In this document: positions 19,309 to 29,330 of the stretch, in pieces
How the letters are laid out: every line of letters begins with the position of its first letter
Position numbering within the stretch: the first letter of the stretch is position 1
NCBI GenBank assembly: GCA_963804165.1
Contig: CAWDPO010000012.1
Coordinates: forward strand, 1 to 64,000
DNA: 64,000 nt
Origin: an uncultured delta proteobacterium
GTDB lineage: Bacteria; Desulfobacterota; Binatia; UBA9968
Direction: 5' to 3'
Notes under the pieces: model-generated
What the model was told of the DNA's origin: nothing
The model's database searches: none
What the model saw: only the letters and a program-made list of their open reading frames with translations
Program-made: the position numbers and the translations under genes

Positions 19309-22026
19309 ATGGAAAACATACAATGGCATGCCGCGCAGATTGATTCCATTCTCGGCCAACTGGGTACGGATCCCCAGCAAGGGTTGACCGTGGAGGAATC
19401 CCGACGGCGCCTCGAAGCACACGGTTACAACGAACTGAAAAAAGAAGAGAAGAGGTCTCCTTTCCTGCTTTTCATCAATCAGTTCAAGAACACTCTAATT
19501 ATTATTTTGGCGGTTGCCACGATCCTATCAGCGATCATCGGGGACCTGCTTGACGCCGGCATCATCCTGGCGATCATCGTCTTCTGCGCTGGATTGGGTT
19601 TTGTGCAAGAGTATCGCGCTGAGCGCGCGCTGGACGCCTTGAAGAAAATGTTGACTCCAACGATTACGGCGCTGAGAGGAGGGCGGGAAGAGGAAATTCC
19701 GTCAAAGGAACTGGTCCCCGGCGATATCATCCTCCTCGAGGCCGGAGACAAGCTACCCGCCGACGGGCGCTTGATCGAAGTTCACTCACTGCAGTGCGAC
19801 GAGGCTCCGCTGACCGGGGAGTCCTTTCCCGTAGAGAAAGATCTCAAAATTCTACCCGAAGCGGTACCGGTAGGCGATAGAAAAAACATGGTGTTCACGG
19901 GGACCGCCGTCAGCTACGGCAGGGGTAAAGCGGTGGTGACGGATACCGGAGTCAAAACCGAGTTCGGCAAGATCGCCACTGAACTGGCTACCGTTTCGCA
20001 GGAGAAAACACCCCTGGAAAAACGCACGGAAGAGATCGGCAAATGGCTTGGAATCATTGCCGTGAGCGTGTGCGTTTTGGTTGTCATAACAAGCATTGTC
20101 AGAGAAGCCATCGATGGAACTTTGGATCTGCAATTCACTTTAACGATGCTGCTGTTCGCAATCGCTCTTGCAGTAGCCGCAGTTCCCGAAGCGCTCGCCG
20201 CCATCGTGACGGGTGCCTTGGCCATAGGCATGCACGAAATGGCAAAGCGCAATGCGCTCGTGAGAAAAATGCCGGCGGTGGAAACTCTGGGTTGCACGAC
20301 GGTTATCTGTTCCGATAAGACCGGAACCTTAACCAAGGGAGAGATGACAGTGCGCCGGGTATTTGGGGGAGGCCAGTCCGTAGAGGTGAGCGGCGTCGGT
20401 TATGCTCCCGAAGGCGGCTTGAGTCCCGCTTCTAACAATCCATCTCTGAACATGCTTTTTAGGGGCGGAATCCTGTGCAACGACTCGACGCTTCTGGAAG
20501 AGGGAGGTAAGTGGTCCATCAAAGGTGATCCGACTGAGGGTGCCCTCCTGGTTCTTGGAGCCAAGGCTGGGCTGGCAAGGAACGAAATCAGAGAACAATC
20601 TCCCAGGATTGAGGAATTTCCTTTCAGCTCGGACAGAAAAAGAATGACCACGATCCACGGGATCGAGGACGGCAAGCGCAGGGCCTTCATGAAGGGAGCC
20701 CCGGAAGTGATCCTCGATCGATGTTCCTCCCTCTTAAACGGAGATGAGATAACGGCGTTGGACGACGGCGAACGTCAAAAGATCCTTTCAGCAAACGAGG
20801 AAATGGCCAGCGACGCCTTGAGGGTTCTCGCCATAGCCTACCGCGACCTTCCCGAGGCGGATAAATATAACGAAGAGCTTATTGAAAAAGATCTCGTGTT
20901 TCTGGGCCTGATCGGCATGATGGATCCGCCCAGAGAGGAGGCCGTCGAGGCGGTGCGGGTCTGTCGCCAGGTGGCAATCAAGCCCATCATGATTACCGGT
21001 GACCACAAACTCACCGCCGTCGCCGTCGCCAAGGAACTTGGAATTCACCGCGAAGGCGATCTCGTATTTACGGGAGAAGACCTAAGTAAAATTGACGATA
21101 ACGAATTCGACCGCGTTGTCGATAAGATTAGCGTCTACGCCAGGGTCTCACCCCTCGATAAGCTCAAGATCGTCAAGGCATGGAAGAACCGCGGCGAAGT
21201 CGTTGCCATGACGGGCGACGGTGTCAACGATGCCCCAGCTCTGAAACACGCCGACATCGGGATAGCGATGGGCATCACCGGCACCGAGGTCGCTAAAGAG
21301 GCAGCGGATATCGTTTTGAGCGACGATAATTTTGCCACCATCGTCCGTGCCATCGAGCGGGGCAGATGGATCTATGACAATATCAAAAAATATTTGACCT
21401 ATCTCCTGCGAGCGAATATTACCGAAGTCGTGGTGTTGGGCGGCGTTGTCATGGTCATGGGCCCCGCGTACTTGCCGCTGCTTCCGGCGGCGATCCTGTA
21501 TATCAACCTGGCCACAGACGGGCTTCCAGCGCTCGCGTTGGGTGTCGCGCCTCCGGATCCGGACATCATGCAGAGACCTCCGCGCGATCCTCGCGAGAGC
21601 GTGTTTTCAAAGGATATAAGAACGCTGATCCTGATGGCGGTCATCATCGAGTGCCCGATATTCCTATGGATGTTCTTTCGCGCTCAACCGGATATGGAAC
21701 TTGCGAGGACTCAAATATTTTTCATGTTCGTTTTCATTGAGCTCATCATCGCCATTAACTTTCGCTCGTTAAGGTACAGCCTGATCCAAGCCCCGCCGCA
21801 CAAATGGCTCCTGATCGCCATCGCCTGGGAACTGGCTTTGATCGTCGTGTTGGTCCAATTTTCAACGGTTCGGAATGCCTTCGGGATCACCATGCCATCG
21901 GCCTCCGACCTTGGGTTGATCTTTGTCCTGGGCGTCGGCATCGTCGTGGTGATCGAGTTGGCTAAACTGGTGTTCAGAACAAATAGGAACACGAAGAATA
22001 TCGCTGTCTATGCAGAACGGGCGTAA
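19309..22026 (+). CDS. P-type IIA cation (Ca2+-type) transporting ATPase
   Basis: TGES, VPEAL, DKTGTLT, KGAPE, DPPR, TGD, MTGDGVNDAPAL. Confidence 0.95.
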   Translation: MENIQWHAAQIDSILGQLGTDPQQGLTVEESRRRLEAHGYNELKKEEKRSPFLLFINQFKNTLIIILAVATILSAIIGDLLDAGIILAIIVFCAGLGFVQEYRAERALDALKKMLTPTITALRGGREEEIPSKELVPGDIILLEAGDKLPADGRLIEVHSLQCDEAPLTGESFPVEKDLKILPEAVPVGDRKNMVFTGTAVSYGRGKAVVTDTGVKTEFGKIATELATVSQEKTPLEKRTEEIGKWLGIIAVSVCVLVVITSIVREAIDGTLDLQFTLTMLLFAIALAVAAVPEALAAIVTGALAIGMHEMAKRNALVRKMPAVETLGCTTVICSDKTGTLTKGEMTVRRVFGGGQSVEVSGVGYAPEGGLSPASNNPSLNMLFRGGILCNDSTLLEEGGKWSIKGDPTEGALLVLGAKAGLARNEIREQSPRIEEFPFSSDRKRMTTIHGIEDGKRRAFMKGAPEVILDRCSSLLNGDEITALDDGERQKILSANEEMASDALRVLAIAYRDLPEADKYNEELIEKDLVFLGLIGMMDPPREEAVEAVRVCRQVAIKPIMITGDHKLTAVAVAKELGIHREGDLVFTGEDLSKIDDNEFDRVVDKISVYARVSPLDKLKIVKAWKNRGEVVAMTGDGVNDAPALKHADIGIAMGITGTEVAKEAADIVLSDDNFATIVRAIERGRWIYDNIKKYLTYLLRANITEVVVLGGVVMVMGPAYLPLLPAAILYINLATDGLPALALGVAPPDPDIMQRPPRDPRESVFSKDIRTLILMAVIIECPIFLWMFFRAQPDMELARTQIFFMFVFIELIIAINFRSLRYSLIQAPPHKWLLIAIAWELALIVVLVQFSTVRNAFGITMPSASDLGLIFVLGVGIVVVIELAKLVFRTNRNTKNIAVYAERA

Positions 22027-22382
22027 CGAAATGCATGATGGTCGATAGATCGCCCAGAACCAGAATGACTTGCCGTCGCTTGTAGATTTTGAGCGGCCGC
22101 CGGGCAAACGGTACTCGGCAACGAGTGCTTGCTCCGAGTTATCTCGAGCGCTTCGTAGTGCCGAGGCCCGTCCGTGTTCACCTCCACGGGAAGCGGCAGG
22201 AATTCACCATAGGGACCACCCGCTCATCAGCAAAACCCAAGTTGGAGCGGGAACGCCTCGGCCCTGACCCAAATCCACTCGCAACCGAGGCACTCATACC
22301 CGTAGCGCGGAAACTGTAACGACCAAAGTGTGGAGCAGATACATACTGTCTGGAGTGTACAAGGAGGGTACGCTCGTCTAGG

Positions 22383-23366
22383 ATGAAGGCTATGCTAGAC
22401 AACTTCCTGCAGATTCTTCCAGAGATCATTTTCGACGCCGCTGAGAAATTGGGCGGGCGTTGCACGGGCCGCTTCTACGCGCTCCATGCGCTGGAAAACC
22501 GCGTGTACGACATCGAGATGGAAGAAGGCCCCCACGTCGTCATCAAATTTTACCGCCCCGGCCGCTGGTGCCGCGCCACCATTCAGGCCGAGCACGATTT
22601 TCTGAAGGCCCTCGAAGCCAGCGAAATTCCCGTCGTCTGCCCGCTCACCGACGACAAGGGACAAAGTATTTTCGAAATTAACGAAGTGATGTTCACCGTC
22701 TTCCCGAAGCGTCCGGGGCGACTCGAGCCGGAACTGACGACGGAACAGCTCACGCGCCTGGGAAGGTTCATGGCTCGCCTTCATAACGTCGGGGCGACGG
22801 AAAAAGCCGCGCCACGGTTACGGCTTGATCCGCAAACTTATGGGCGAGACCCTTTGAAGTTTTTAAAAGACGGAAACTTCGTTCCGATGGAACTCGCAAG
22901 TCGCTTCGAAACGATCGTCACGCAAATTTGCGACGCCATTACTCCTCGTTTCGAGGACGTCCAGTACGTTCTGCTCCACGGGGATTGCCACTCCGGAAAT
23001 ATTTTGTGGAATAGAGACGATCCGTACTTCATCGATTTCGACGACATGCTCTACGCGCCTCCCGTTCAAGACATCTGGATGCTCACGGGCGGAGACGACG
23101 ACTACGGGAAAGAGCAAAGGCGTATCTTACTCGAGGCCTACGAACAGATCAGAACTTTCGACATGGCGACGATGCAGCTGATCGAGCCGTTGCGGGCGCT
23201 GCGCATGATTCACTTTTCCGCGTGGATCGCGCGCCGCTGGGAAGACAGCGCTTTCAAAGCGTCGTTTCCTGACTTCGGTACCGAGCGCTATTGGCAGGAG
23301 CAAATCGAAGCGCTCGCGCTGCAATTAGAAAAAGTGCGATACCAAACGACCGATTCCTACCGCTGA
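22383..23366 (+). CDS. srkA: Stress response kinase SrkA/YihE/RdoA family
   Basis: ENRVY, KFYRPGRW, HGDCHSGNIL, IDFDD, LIEPLRALRMIHFSAWIARRWED.AF...FP. Confidence 0.9.
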   Translation: MKAMLDNFLQILPEIIFDAAEKLGGRCTGRFYALHALENRVYDIEMEEGPHVVIKFYRPGRWCRATIQAEHDFLKALEASEIPVVCPLTDDKGQSIFEINEVMFTVFPKRPGRLEPELTTEQLTRLGRFMARLHNVGATEKAAPRLRLDPQTYGRDPLKFLKDGNFVPMELASRFETIVTQICDAITPRFEDVQYVLLHGDCHSGNILWNRDDPYFIDFDDMLYAPPVQDIWMLTGGDDDYGKEQRRILLEAYEQIRTFDMATMQLIEPLRALRMIHFSAWIARRWEDSAFKASFPDFGTERYWQEQIEALALQLEKVRYQTTDSYR

Positions 23367-23413
23367 ACAGTGGCTGATTCTCGGTGTTTTCGCCGAAAGT
23401 GCTTAGTTTCCTT

Positions 23414-23500
23414 TTTCGACGTTTCGAGAATTCCCGAAACGTCGAAGTTTCCCTCTCAATCAGCCCTTGAACCCTTTGAACGTTGAACCTTGAACCGGCG
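23414..23500 (+). repeat. Boundary palindrome plus TTGAAC tract
   Basis: TTTCGACGTTTCGAGAATTCCCGAAACGTCGAAG followed by heptamers. Confidence 0.8.
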
Positions 23501-23527
23501 TAAGCCTTTAAACCGCGCTTGAAGCGC

Positions 23528-24124
23528 TCATGCCTCCGTGTACCAGGTGGTATGGCGCTCCACGGGCAGGCGCTTGGCCATCGTCTGCTGCTCGGAGTAC
23601 CCCAGAAAAATGCATGCCACCGGCCGCTCTTTCTCCGTGAGTCCGAGAACCGGGCCAACAAAGTTTTGGTCGATCCAGTCGCCCGTGCTGGGATAGCTGC
23701 CCAGGCCTCGCGCCGTCGCGGCGACCAGCAGGTTTTCGATCGCGCACCAGCAGGCCGCGTAGTTCTCCTGGTCAGTAATTTTTTTCTCATCGCCCACCAT
23801 GGAAACGATGATGAGAACCGGGGATGAAAAACACTTCGCCCGAGCGAAGTTGAGAGCCTCTTCGCTCGCCTGCTCCCCCTTTTTCTCCGCGGCCCAACGT
23901 GTTGCGGCCTGTCGGGCTCCGACCAAGCGCTCGCGCCCCTCTCCGGAGAACACGTGGAAACGCCAGGGATGGGTCAATTTGTGGTTGGGCGCCCAGTGGG
24001 CGGCGTCGAGCAGCTCCTCGATCCACTCCCGAGGAACCTCGGTGGGAAGGTACTCCTTCACCGAGCGGCGCGTCTTGATTGCGGTGAGCGCATCATCGAG
24101 AGGGCGCTCCGTTGTGATTGCCAT
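23528..24124 (-). CDS. Nitroreductase (YdjA-like)
   Basis: IKTRRSVK, AAHWAPNHKLTHPWRF, ENLLVAATARGLGS. Confidence 0.9.
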   Translation of the reverse strand: MAITTERPLDDALTAIKTRRSVKEYLPTEVPREWIEELLDAAHWAPNHKLTHPWRFHVFSGEGRERLVGARQAATRWAAEKKGEQASEEALNFARAKCFSSPVLIIVSMVGDEKKITDQENYAACWCAIENLLVAATARGLGSYPSTGDWIDQNFVGPVLGLTEKERPVACIFLGYSEQQTMAKRLPVERHTTWYTEA

Positions 24125-24212
24125 GATCCTACCTCCTAAATTTGTACCGATTGTATCTATAGATATCTATAGAAAATTTAAACTACGAGCAACCTCGCCG
24201 GACCCGTAGGGG

Positions 24213-24379
24213 GTAGTGACTCAGTTTGGGCGGCCGACATAAGTTTTTAGCAGGAACCAGAGCAAAACAGATTCTTCGCTGTGCTCAGAATGACACCTGC
24301 GTAGAATTGTCATCCTGAATCCTTCGGTCGGACTCAGGATAAACTCCGTGAAGGATCTGCTTTCAAAATGAGTCACTAC
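24213..24379. mobile_element. MITE-like element carrying a REP-like palindrome
   Basis: TIR GTAGTGACTCAGTTTG / CAAAATGAGTCACTAC (15/16); internal AGATTCTTCGCTGTGCTCAGAATGAC...GTCATCCTGA. Confidence 0.65.
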
Positions 24380-24487
24380 GGACCGGGGAGCTGTCAATTC
24401 CCTTGCTGTTTGATGAAAATCCCAGTGTTATTTCGGCTGGCTTGGGCGGCGCAGCGGTCGGTGGAGCGCAAAGTGTTCCAGATCGCA

Positions 24488-24546
24488 GCGCTCGCTCAAA
24501 CTCAGGCCGAGCGGCTCCGTCGGCTTGCGTTGGCAACCGGTTTCGG
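24488..24546 (+). repeat. ~60-bp direct repeat, copy 1
   Basis: GCGCTCGCTCA...CGTCGGCTTGCGTTGGCAACCGGTTT; copy 2 at 25744-25803. Confidence 0.75.
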
Positions 24547-24570
24547 CACTCAACAAAGGCAAAACAGCAG

Positions 24571-24885
24571 TCAGTTCTGCTTCAGCCCGTCGCGCCAGGC
24601 AATAGCTTCGAGTTCGACCCGGACAGCGTCCTCGACTTTAATCACGGGCCGCGCCTCGAACTCAAAAGCAGGGAGGGTCGAACAAAATTTGTGAACGGTC
24701 AGCGGATCGTCGCAGTCCACCAACATATGCCCGCCCCACTCGCCCACTCGCACCACGAACACCTCGATCTTGAAATTGGCCGGCGCCTTCCATTGGCCGA
24801 ACACATCAAGGATCCGCTTCTGGGCATTCTCGTAATCCGCAGGGGAGCCTTGCGGACGTTCGAACCAGCTGATCATGTACTTCAT
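24571..24885 (-). CDS. DUF3303 family protein
   Basis: MKYMISWFER...F..WKAP...RVGEWGG...FEFEARPV. Confidence 0.75.
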   Translation of the reverse strand: MKYMISWFERPQGSPADYENAQKRILDVFGQWKAPANFKIEVFVVRVGEWGGHMLVDCDDPLTVHKFCSTLPAFEFEARPVIKVEDAVRVELEAIAWRDGLKQN

Positions 24886-24983
24886 CGGCATCCTCCCCAT
24901 CGATTGCGTTGAAATATTCGGAACGATTGCTGTGTAGACCGTTCGTCGGATTTGGCGCTGCCCCTGGAGCGCCAACGCGTTTT

Positions 24984-25529
24984 CTATGCCTTAAGGCGGT
25001 CGGGTGCGTCATCGGGCGGCGTGATATCAAACGCGTTGGCGGTGCAACAGGTCATCGAGAACGAGCCGACGCGGGCAACCAGAGCGACCAGCTCTTCAGT
25101 GCTAAAGGTTGCTGCGGCGGCTGCATAGGTGGCATCGCTGAGTCCCTTGTCGGCGAGCAGTTCGTTGGCCAGCTGATGCGCGAGCAATTCGCGCTTGTCA
25201 TCGGTCGGCAGCGCGCCACGGGCGTTGATGGCGTCGATCTCTTTCTGCGTGAGTCCGACTTTAAGACCGTTGCGGCACTGAGCCGCCCACGGGTATTTCG
25301 CGCCCCAGAAACGCGCCACGGTCAAAGTGACGATCTGCTGTTCGCGGGCGGACAGGGTGCAGTCGGCGATACAGGCTCCCGTGTTCTGGACGCTCTGCAT
25401 CAGTTTGGGATTGCGGATATAGGCCCAGAATGGCCCGCCATGCGGCTTGCCGTTGGCCTTGGACGCGTCGATCACGGCGCGCTGTTCATCATTCATTTCG
25501 TCGGGCGTCAGAATGGCAATGCGTGTCAT
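24984..25529 (-). CDS. Carboxymuconolactone decarboxylase family protein
   Basis: GGPF...RNP, REQQIVTL.VAR.W...YPW. Confidence 0.85.
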   Translation of the reverse strand: MTRIAILTPDEMNDEQRAVIDASKANGKPHGGPFWAYIRNPKLMQSVQNTGACIADCTLSAREQQIVTLTVARFWGAKYPWAAQCRNGLKVGLTQKEIDAINARGALPTDDKRELLAHQLANELLADKGLSDATYAAAAATFSTEELVALVARVGSFSMTCCTANAFDITPPDDAPDRLKA

Positions 25530-25743
25530 TGGATATCTCCCTGTTTCTATCCTGCCTAGCAGCGCTATTTACGGCAGCTCGATCATGACTGCGATTGCTG
25601 CCGTGGCAATCACGGCGCGAAAGTCGATCGCCCGAATCGCGCACGACGGCAGCTATATCGCCGGACCGACGAGTCGTCAAGCGAGCGTGCGTTTGGTGAA
25701 AGTTGCGGTTTTGCTTCGCTTGGCTCGGGGCGATGCTGTCCGA

Positions 25744-25803
25744 GCGCTCGCTCATACGCGAGACTGAGCAGCTTCGTCGGCTTGCGTTGGCAACCGGTTT
25801 TGG
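25744..25803 (+). repeat. ~60-bp direct repeat, copy 2
   Basis: Aligns with 24488-24546. Confidence 0.75.
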
Positions 25804-25891
25804 GGCCTCGGGGGGTCACCCTGAGTTAGCCCTGCTCTAATCTTCTGGCGCGTTTCCGGTTGTAGCAACTTTGTACCAAGGATCCATGTCT

Positions 25892-26251
25892 TCAGCCTCT
25901 TGGATTTCGGCCCGTCCTAACGCGTCCCGGCTGGACGACTGTAAAAGTTCCGACAAGCCGTTCTCCTCGTTGTCTCACGAGATCGAGTACGGCTACCGCA
26001 AGATAACGCCGCGCACGCGCCGGAAACCGAATGAAAATTACCCCGCCCGTTCTCCTCATACTCGCATAAACCAACTGACCGAAGTCCTTATCCTCCGTAA
26101 TCAAGATCCGCTTATCGCTAACCGCTCGTTCTCTAACGTCGTCGTCCTCCGCACGAGGCGACACTTCAGCGATTGCGACAACATCATGCTTCGCGGAACG
26201 AAGCGCTCGCACCACCGAGAAGTCGCAACTTTCATCGGCCAGAAAGCGCAT
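25892..26251 (-). CDS. DUF5615 PIN-like toxin
   Basis: MRFLADE, LR...HDV, RILITEDKDFG. Confidence 0.9.
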   Translation of the reverse strand: MRFLADESCDFSVVRALRSAKHDVVAIAEVSPRAEDDDVRERAVSDKRILITEDKDFGQLVYASMRRTGGVIFIRFPARARRYLAVAVLDLVRQRGERLVGTFTVVQPGRVRTGRNPRG

Positions 26252-26254
26252 CGA

Positions 26255-26506
26255 TCATCGTTTCGCGCGCTTTTTCGGCGGCGTCACAATAATGGTCTCT
26301 TCGTGCGCCAAAGTGTCGGCAGCATAGCCGATGGCTGCGTGAATATCCTCTGCCTTGAGACGAGGATAGGCGTCTAGCAAATCGTCGCTGGTAGCACCTT
26401 CACTGAGCTTCCGCAGAATCAATTCAATGGGGATGCGAGTCCCCTTGATCACGGGCTTTCCCATCATTACTTTTGGATTGATTTCTATACGGTCCGTAAT
26501 TGTCAT
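26255..26506 (-). CDS. DUF433 antitoxin
   Basis: RIEINPKVMMGKPVIKGTRIP...YPRL..EDI.AA..YA. Confidence 0.9.
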   Translation of the reverse strand: MTITDRIEINPKVMMGKPVIKGTRIPIELILRKLSEGATSDDLLDAYPRLKAEDIHAAIGYAADTLAHEETIIVTPPKKRAKR

Positions 26507-26571
26507 ACTGTCAATCTCCTGCTTTTTTGACGACATTTTCTTTTCGCTAGAGTCATTTTCGAGTAACTCTC

Positions 26572-26739
26572 CTAGTAGCATTGCGTCAGCAGCCGCTTCT
26601 CTTCACTCTCCTTAGGGTACAATGCCGACAGCGCGTTTGCCAAACGAAGGAAATCCCGCCCGCGACCCTGGTCAGCGTTGAGCAAAGCTCTCAATCCATT
26701 CGTCCTACCACTAGCATGCAGGAGCATCGCAGCGTTCAC
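26572..26739 (-). pseudogene. C-terminal remnant resembling a DUF1156 DNA adenine methyltransferase
   Basis: AAMLL.ASGRTN.LRALL...DFLRLANALSALYP..SEEKRLL; family recognised from memory, not searched. Confidence 0.5.
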
Positions 26740-26763
26740 GTTAAAATCTTTAATCTTGAAGCT

Positions 26764-26853
26764 TCGAACTGAGCTCCGCTTTGAACGATTTGAACGGACC
26801 CCGGACCAAATCCGGGGCATTGAACGGCTTGATCGGAGTGAAACGGTTGAACG
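26764..26853 (+). repeat. TTGAAC tract
   Basis: 9-mer GAAC units between IS110 and the methylase remnant. Confidence 0.7.
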
Positions 26854-27036
26854 TGTTTTATTTTACTATTGTCTCATGCCTTATGAGTATTGGGTCGAGC
26901 GCTTCCCGGTAAACGGAAAACCGTCGTTAATTCATTTCCGTCTCGAGATTGTCAGAAATGAAAGTCTGAACATCCCGCTGAAAATTTCAAGCGGATGGAG
27001 CCGATTTTTCGGTATTCTGCTCGTAGACTTTCGACT

Positions 27037-28320
27037 TTAAGACTTCGCCGAGAGTTTCGGCCTCCGTATTTGCGTTTTAACGAACGCTCTCGATTTGACC
27101 TTGGCCTTGGTATTCCCTTTTTCGGGGCGTATCTGGTACTCGCGTTCTTCGGTGAGCATTTTGTAAATGATCCGGGACAAGTGCCGACCTAGAGCTCGAA
27201 TCGCCTGGTTGTGTTTCTTTCCCTCGCTGCGCTTCTTTTCATAGTATCTTTGCGACTCCGGCACGTACTTTCGATGCCGATCCAAGGCGATCATCATCGC
27301 TGCCTTGGCGCGAGTGTTCACGTGCTTGGGTGCTTTAGTTCCCTGATACTTCCCCGAGCTGTTGTCCAACGTGGACATGCCGAGATACAACGAAATACTT
27401 CCTTCGGAGGCAAACCGCTCAATGGTTCCAATCTCTCCGGCCAACTCTGAAGTACACACGGCACCAAACCCTGGAATCGATCGTAAAATCTTGGCGATCT
27501 TGGAGTTCTTAGCAACCTCGGCGATCTTGGTTTCCAACCGTTTGATCTTTTCATCGAGTTCGAGACACCGCTTGGCATCTTCTTGGATCATCTCGCCGAC
27601 CCACTTAACCTCTTGGCTAAAATGGGCACGCTTCTGCCAGGCCTCGATAGTGGCAGCACACTTCACTCCCACCGAGGGGATCTTCAGCACTGTGCTGCGC
27701 CGTAACCGGGCCAGCTGAGGCAGGGTGTCCGCGCTGAGAAGAAAATTTAAAAACCACTGATTGCTCGCTTCTCCAGTGATCTCTAACAAACCAGGACACA
27801 CCGCTTGCAGATCGGCCTGTAGACTGTTCACCACTCGCACCCGCTCGTTGACTAATCGTCGCCGGCGCCGCGTTAATCGTTTGAGGACTTCATTCTCGGG
27901 CGGTGTCCCAGTGACTTCCTGAAGCACTTCTTTGGCCAACGGCAGATGATCGCTCAACTGAAACAGCTCCAATCCCTTGCGCGCATCGATACGGTCACTT
28001 TTGGCGGCTGCGGGAAAGATCTCCTTGAACCGGGCAAACTTTAAGTTATTGAGATTATAAAGCCGGTAGCCCCGTTGACGGACCATGCTATCCAGTGGCC
28101 GCGCGTAGCCGTTGTAACCTTCCATGGCTACGGCTACCGGACAGTTCCTTGTCTTACGTTGCCTCTCGATACGAGAAAAGAACTCTTGAAAACCCTCGAT
28201 CCGGTGATCGACTTCGAACTCTTCGAGCACCTCGCCGCTGGATAACCCCATCGCTACACTGTGACGACGGTATCCCACGTCCACACTGACTCTCAGTTCT
28301 AAAGGCTTTTCTTCTGACAC
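27037..28320 (-). mobile_element. IS110 family recombinase/transposase
   Basis: VSVDVG, AMEG, KSDRIDA (DEDD RuvC), SIPGFG, NSSG (catalytic Ser). Confidence 0.92.
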
Positions 28321-28329
28321 GTAGCTCCT

Positions 28330-28550
28330 CCTTCGTAGATCGAGTTTTCATCATCCTTCGGTCTCGTCTACTTACAGAGCCACGTATTCTGGTAAGAGAA
28401 TATGGCACCATCCCGGTCGACCCTCGGATGATGCAGGTGACGAGGGCGGCATTTCAGACTGGGTGAGCCTGAATGAACAGGCCACTGACCCCAAGAGCCA
28501 CACCCTCGTCAAGAATTTCTTTACAGGATTCTTTTAGATCCTGCTACCTG
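28330..28550 (-). ncRNA. Candidate IS110 bridge RNA
   Basis: Structured non-coding end: hairpin 28524-28543; stem 28438-28450/28497-28511 with internal loop and inner hairpin; further hairpins at 28379-28432. Confidence 0.5.
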
Positions 28551-28668
28551 CTAAATTCCGATGGTAGACCTCGCTTTTCCGTGTCCGATGGGTTTTGTGC
28601 TAGGTTGTTTGTCGAACAAGAAGTTATTTTTCCACGGTCAGCATTGACGTAATGCAAAGGAGGTTTTC

Positions 28669-29103
28669 ATGGCAACATTCAAAATCGAAGGTGTTACTCA
28701 CTGGTCGATTCCCGTCAACAACTTAAAGGCTTCCGAAGATTTCTACGGCGGGCTGCTCGGGCTCAAACCGGTCGGGCGCCTCAGCAATAACGTGATGTCC
28801 TGCTTTAATGTCGGCGATCATAACATCCTTTTGTGCGAGCGGGAGAAACCGCAGGATAGAACCATCGTCGAAGATCGCGTGCATCATTCCTTCACGGTAA
28901 GCTCCGAAGGGTTCGTGCAGGCTTGCAAGACGCTTCACGAAAAGAAGATTCCCATCGTCGAGCTGGAATACCGCGGCAAGGGCTATTTCACCGGACGAGA
29001 GCTCTACTTTTACGATCCCAGCGGGAACCGTCTCGAGATCCGCGACCCAAGCTGGAAGAAGGGAATGCCGGAACCGCCCTATGAAGAGATCGTAAAGTCG
29101 TAG
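28669..29103 (+). CDS. VOC/glyoxalase family protein
   Basis: HWSIPV..L..SEDFY..LLGL, HHSF, YFYDPSGNRLEI. Confidence 0.9.
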   Translation: MATFKIEGVTHWSIPVNNLKASEDFYGGLLGLKPVGRLSNNVMSCFNVGDHNILLCEREKPQDRTIVEDRVHHSFTVSSEGFVQACKTLHEKKIPIVELEYRGKGYFTGRELYFYDPSGNRLEIRDPSWKKGMPEPPYEEIVKS

Positions 29104-29214
29104 GTCTACGACGACACGGCTTGCTTGGACGAAGCCCGCTGAATGGAGAGCGTCTTAAGCTGACCGGTAGCGTGATAATGTTTTCCAGAAACCGCGGTTT
29201 ACCCGGAAAACGAT

Positions 29215-29326
29215 CGGAACGTGTGAAACGGTTGGAACACGCTTCGCTCTGACTTTGAACATTGAACCTTGAACTTTGAACGAGGTTGATCAGTTAACGT
29301 CTTGAACCGAGTGAAACGGTCGAACG
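29215..29326 (+). repeat. TTGAAC mosaic tract
   Basis: Module shared with 10885 and 45863. Confidence 0.85.
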
Positions 29327-29330
29327 AGTT

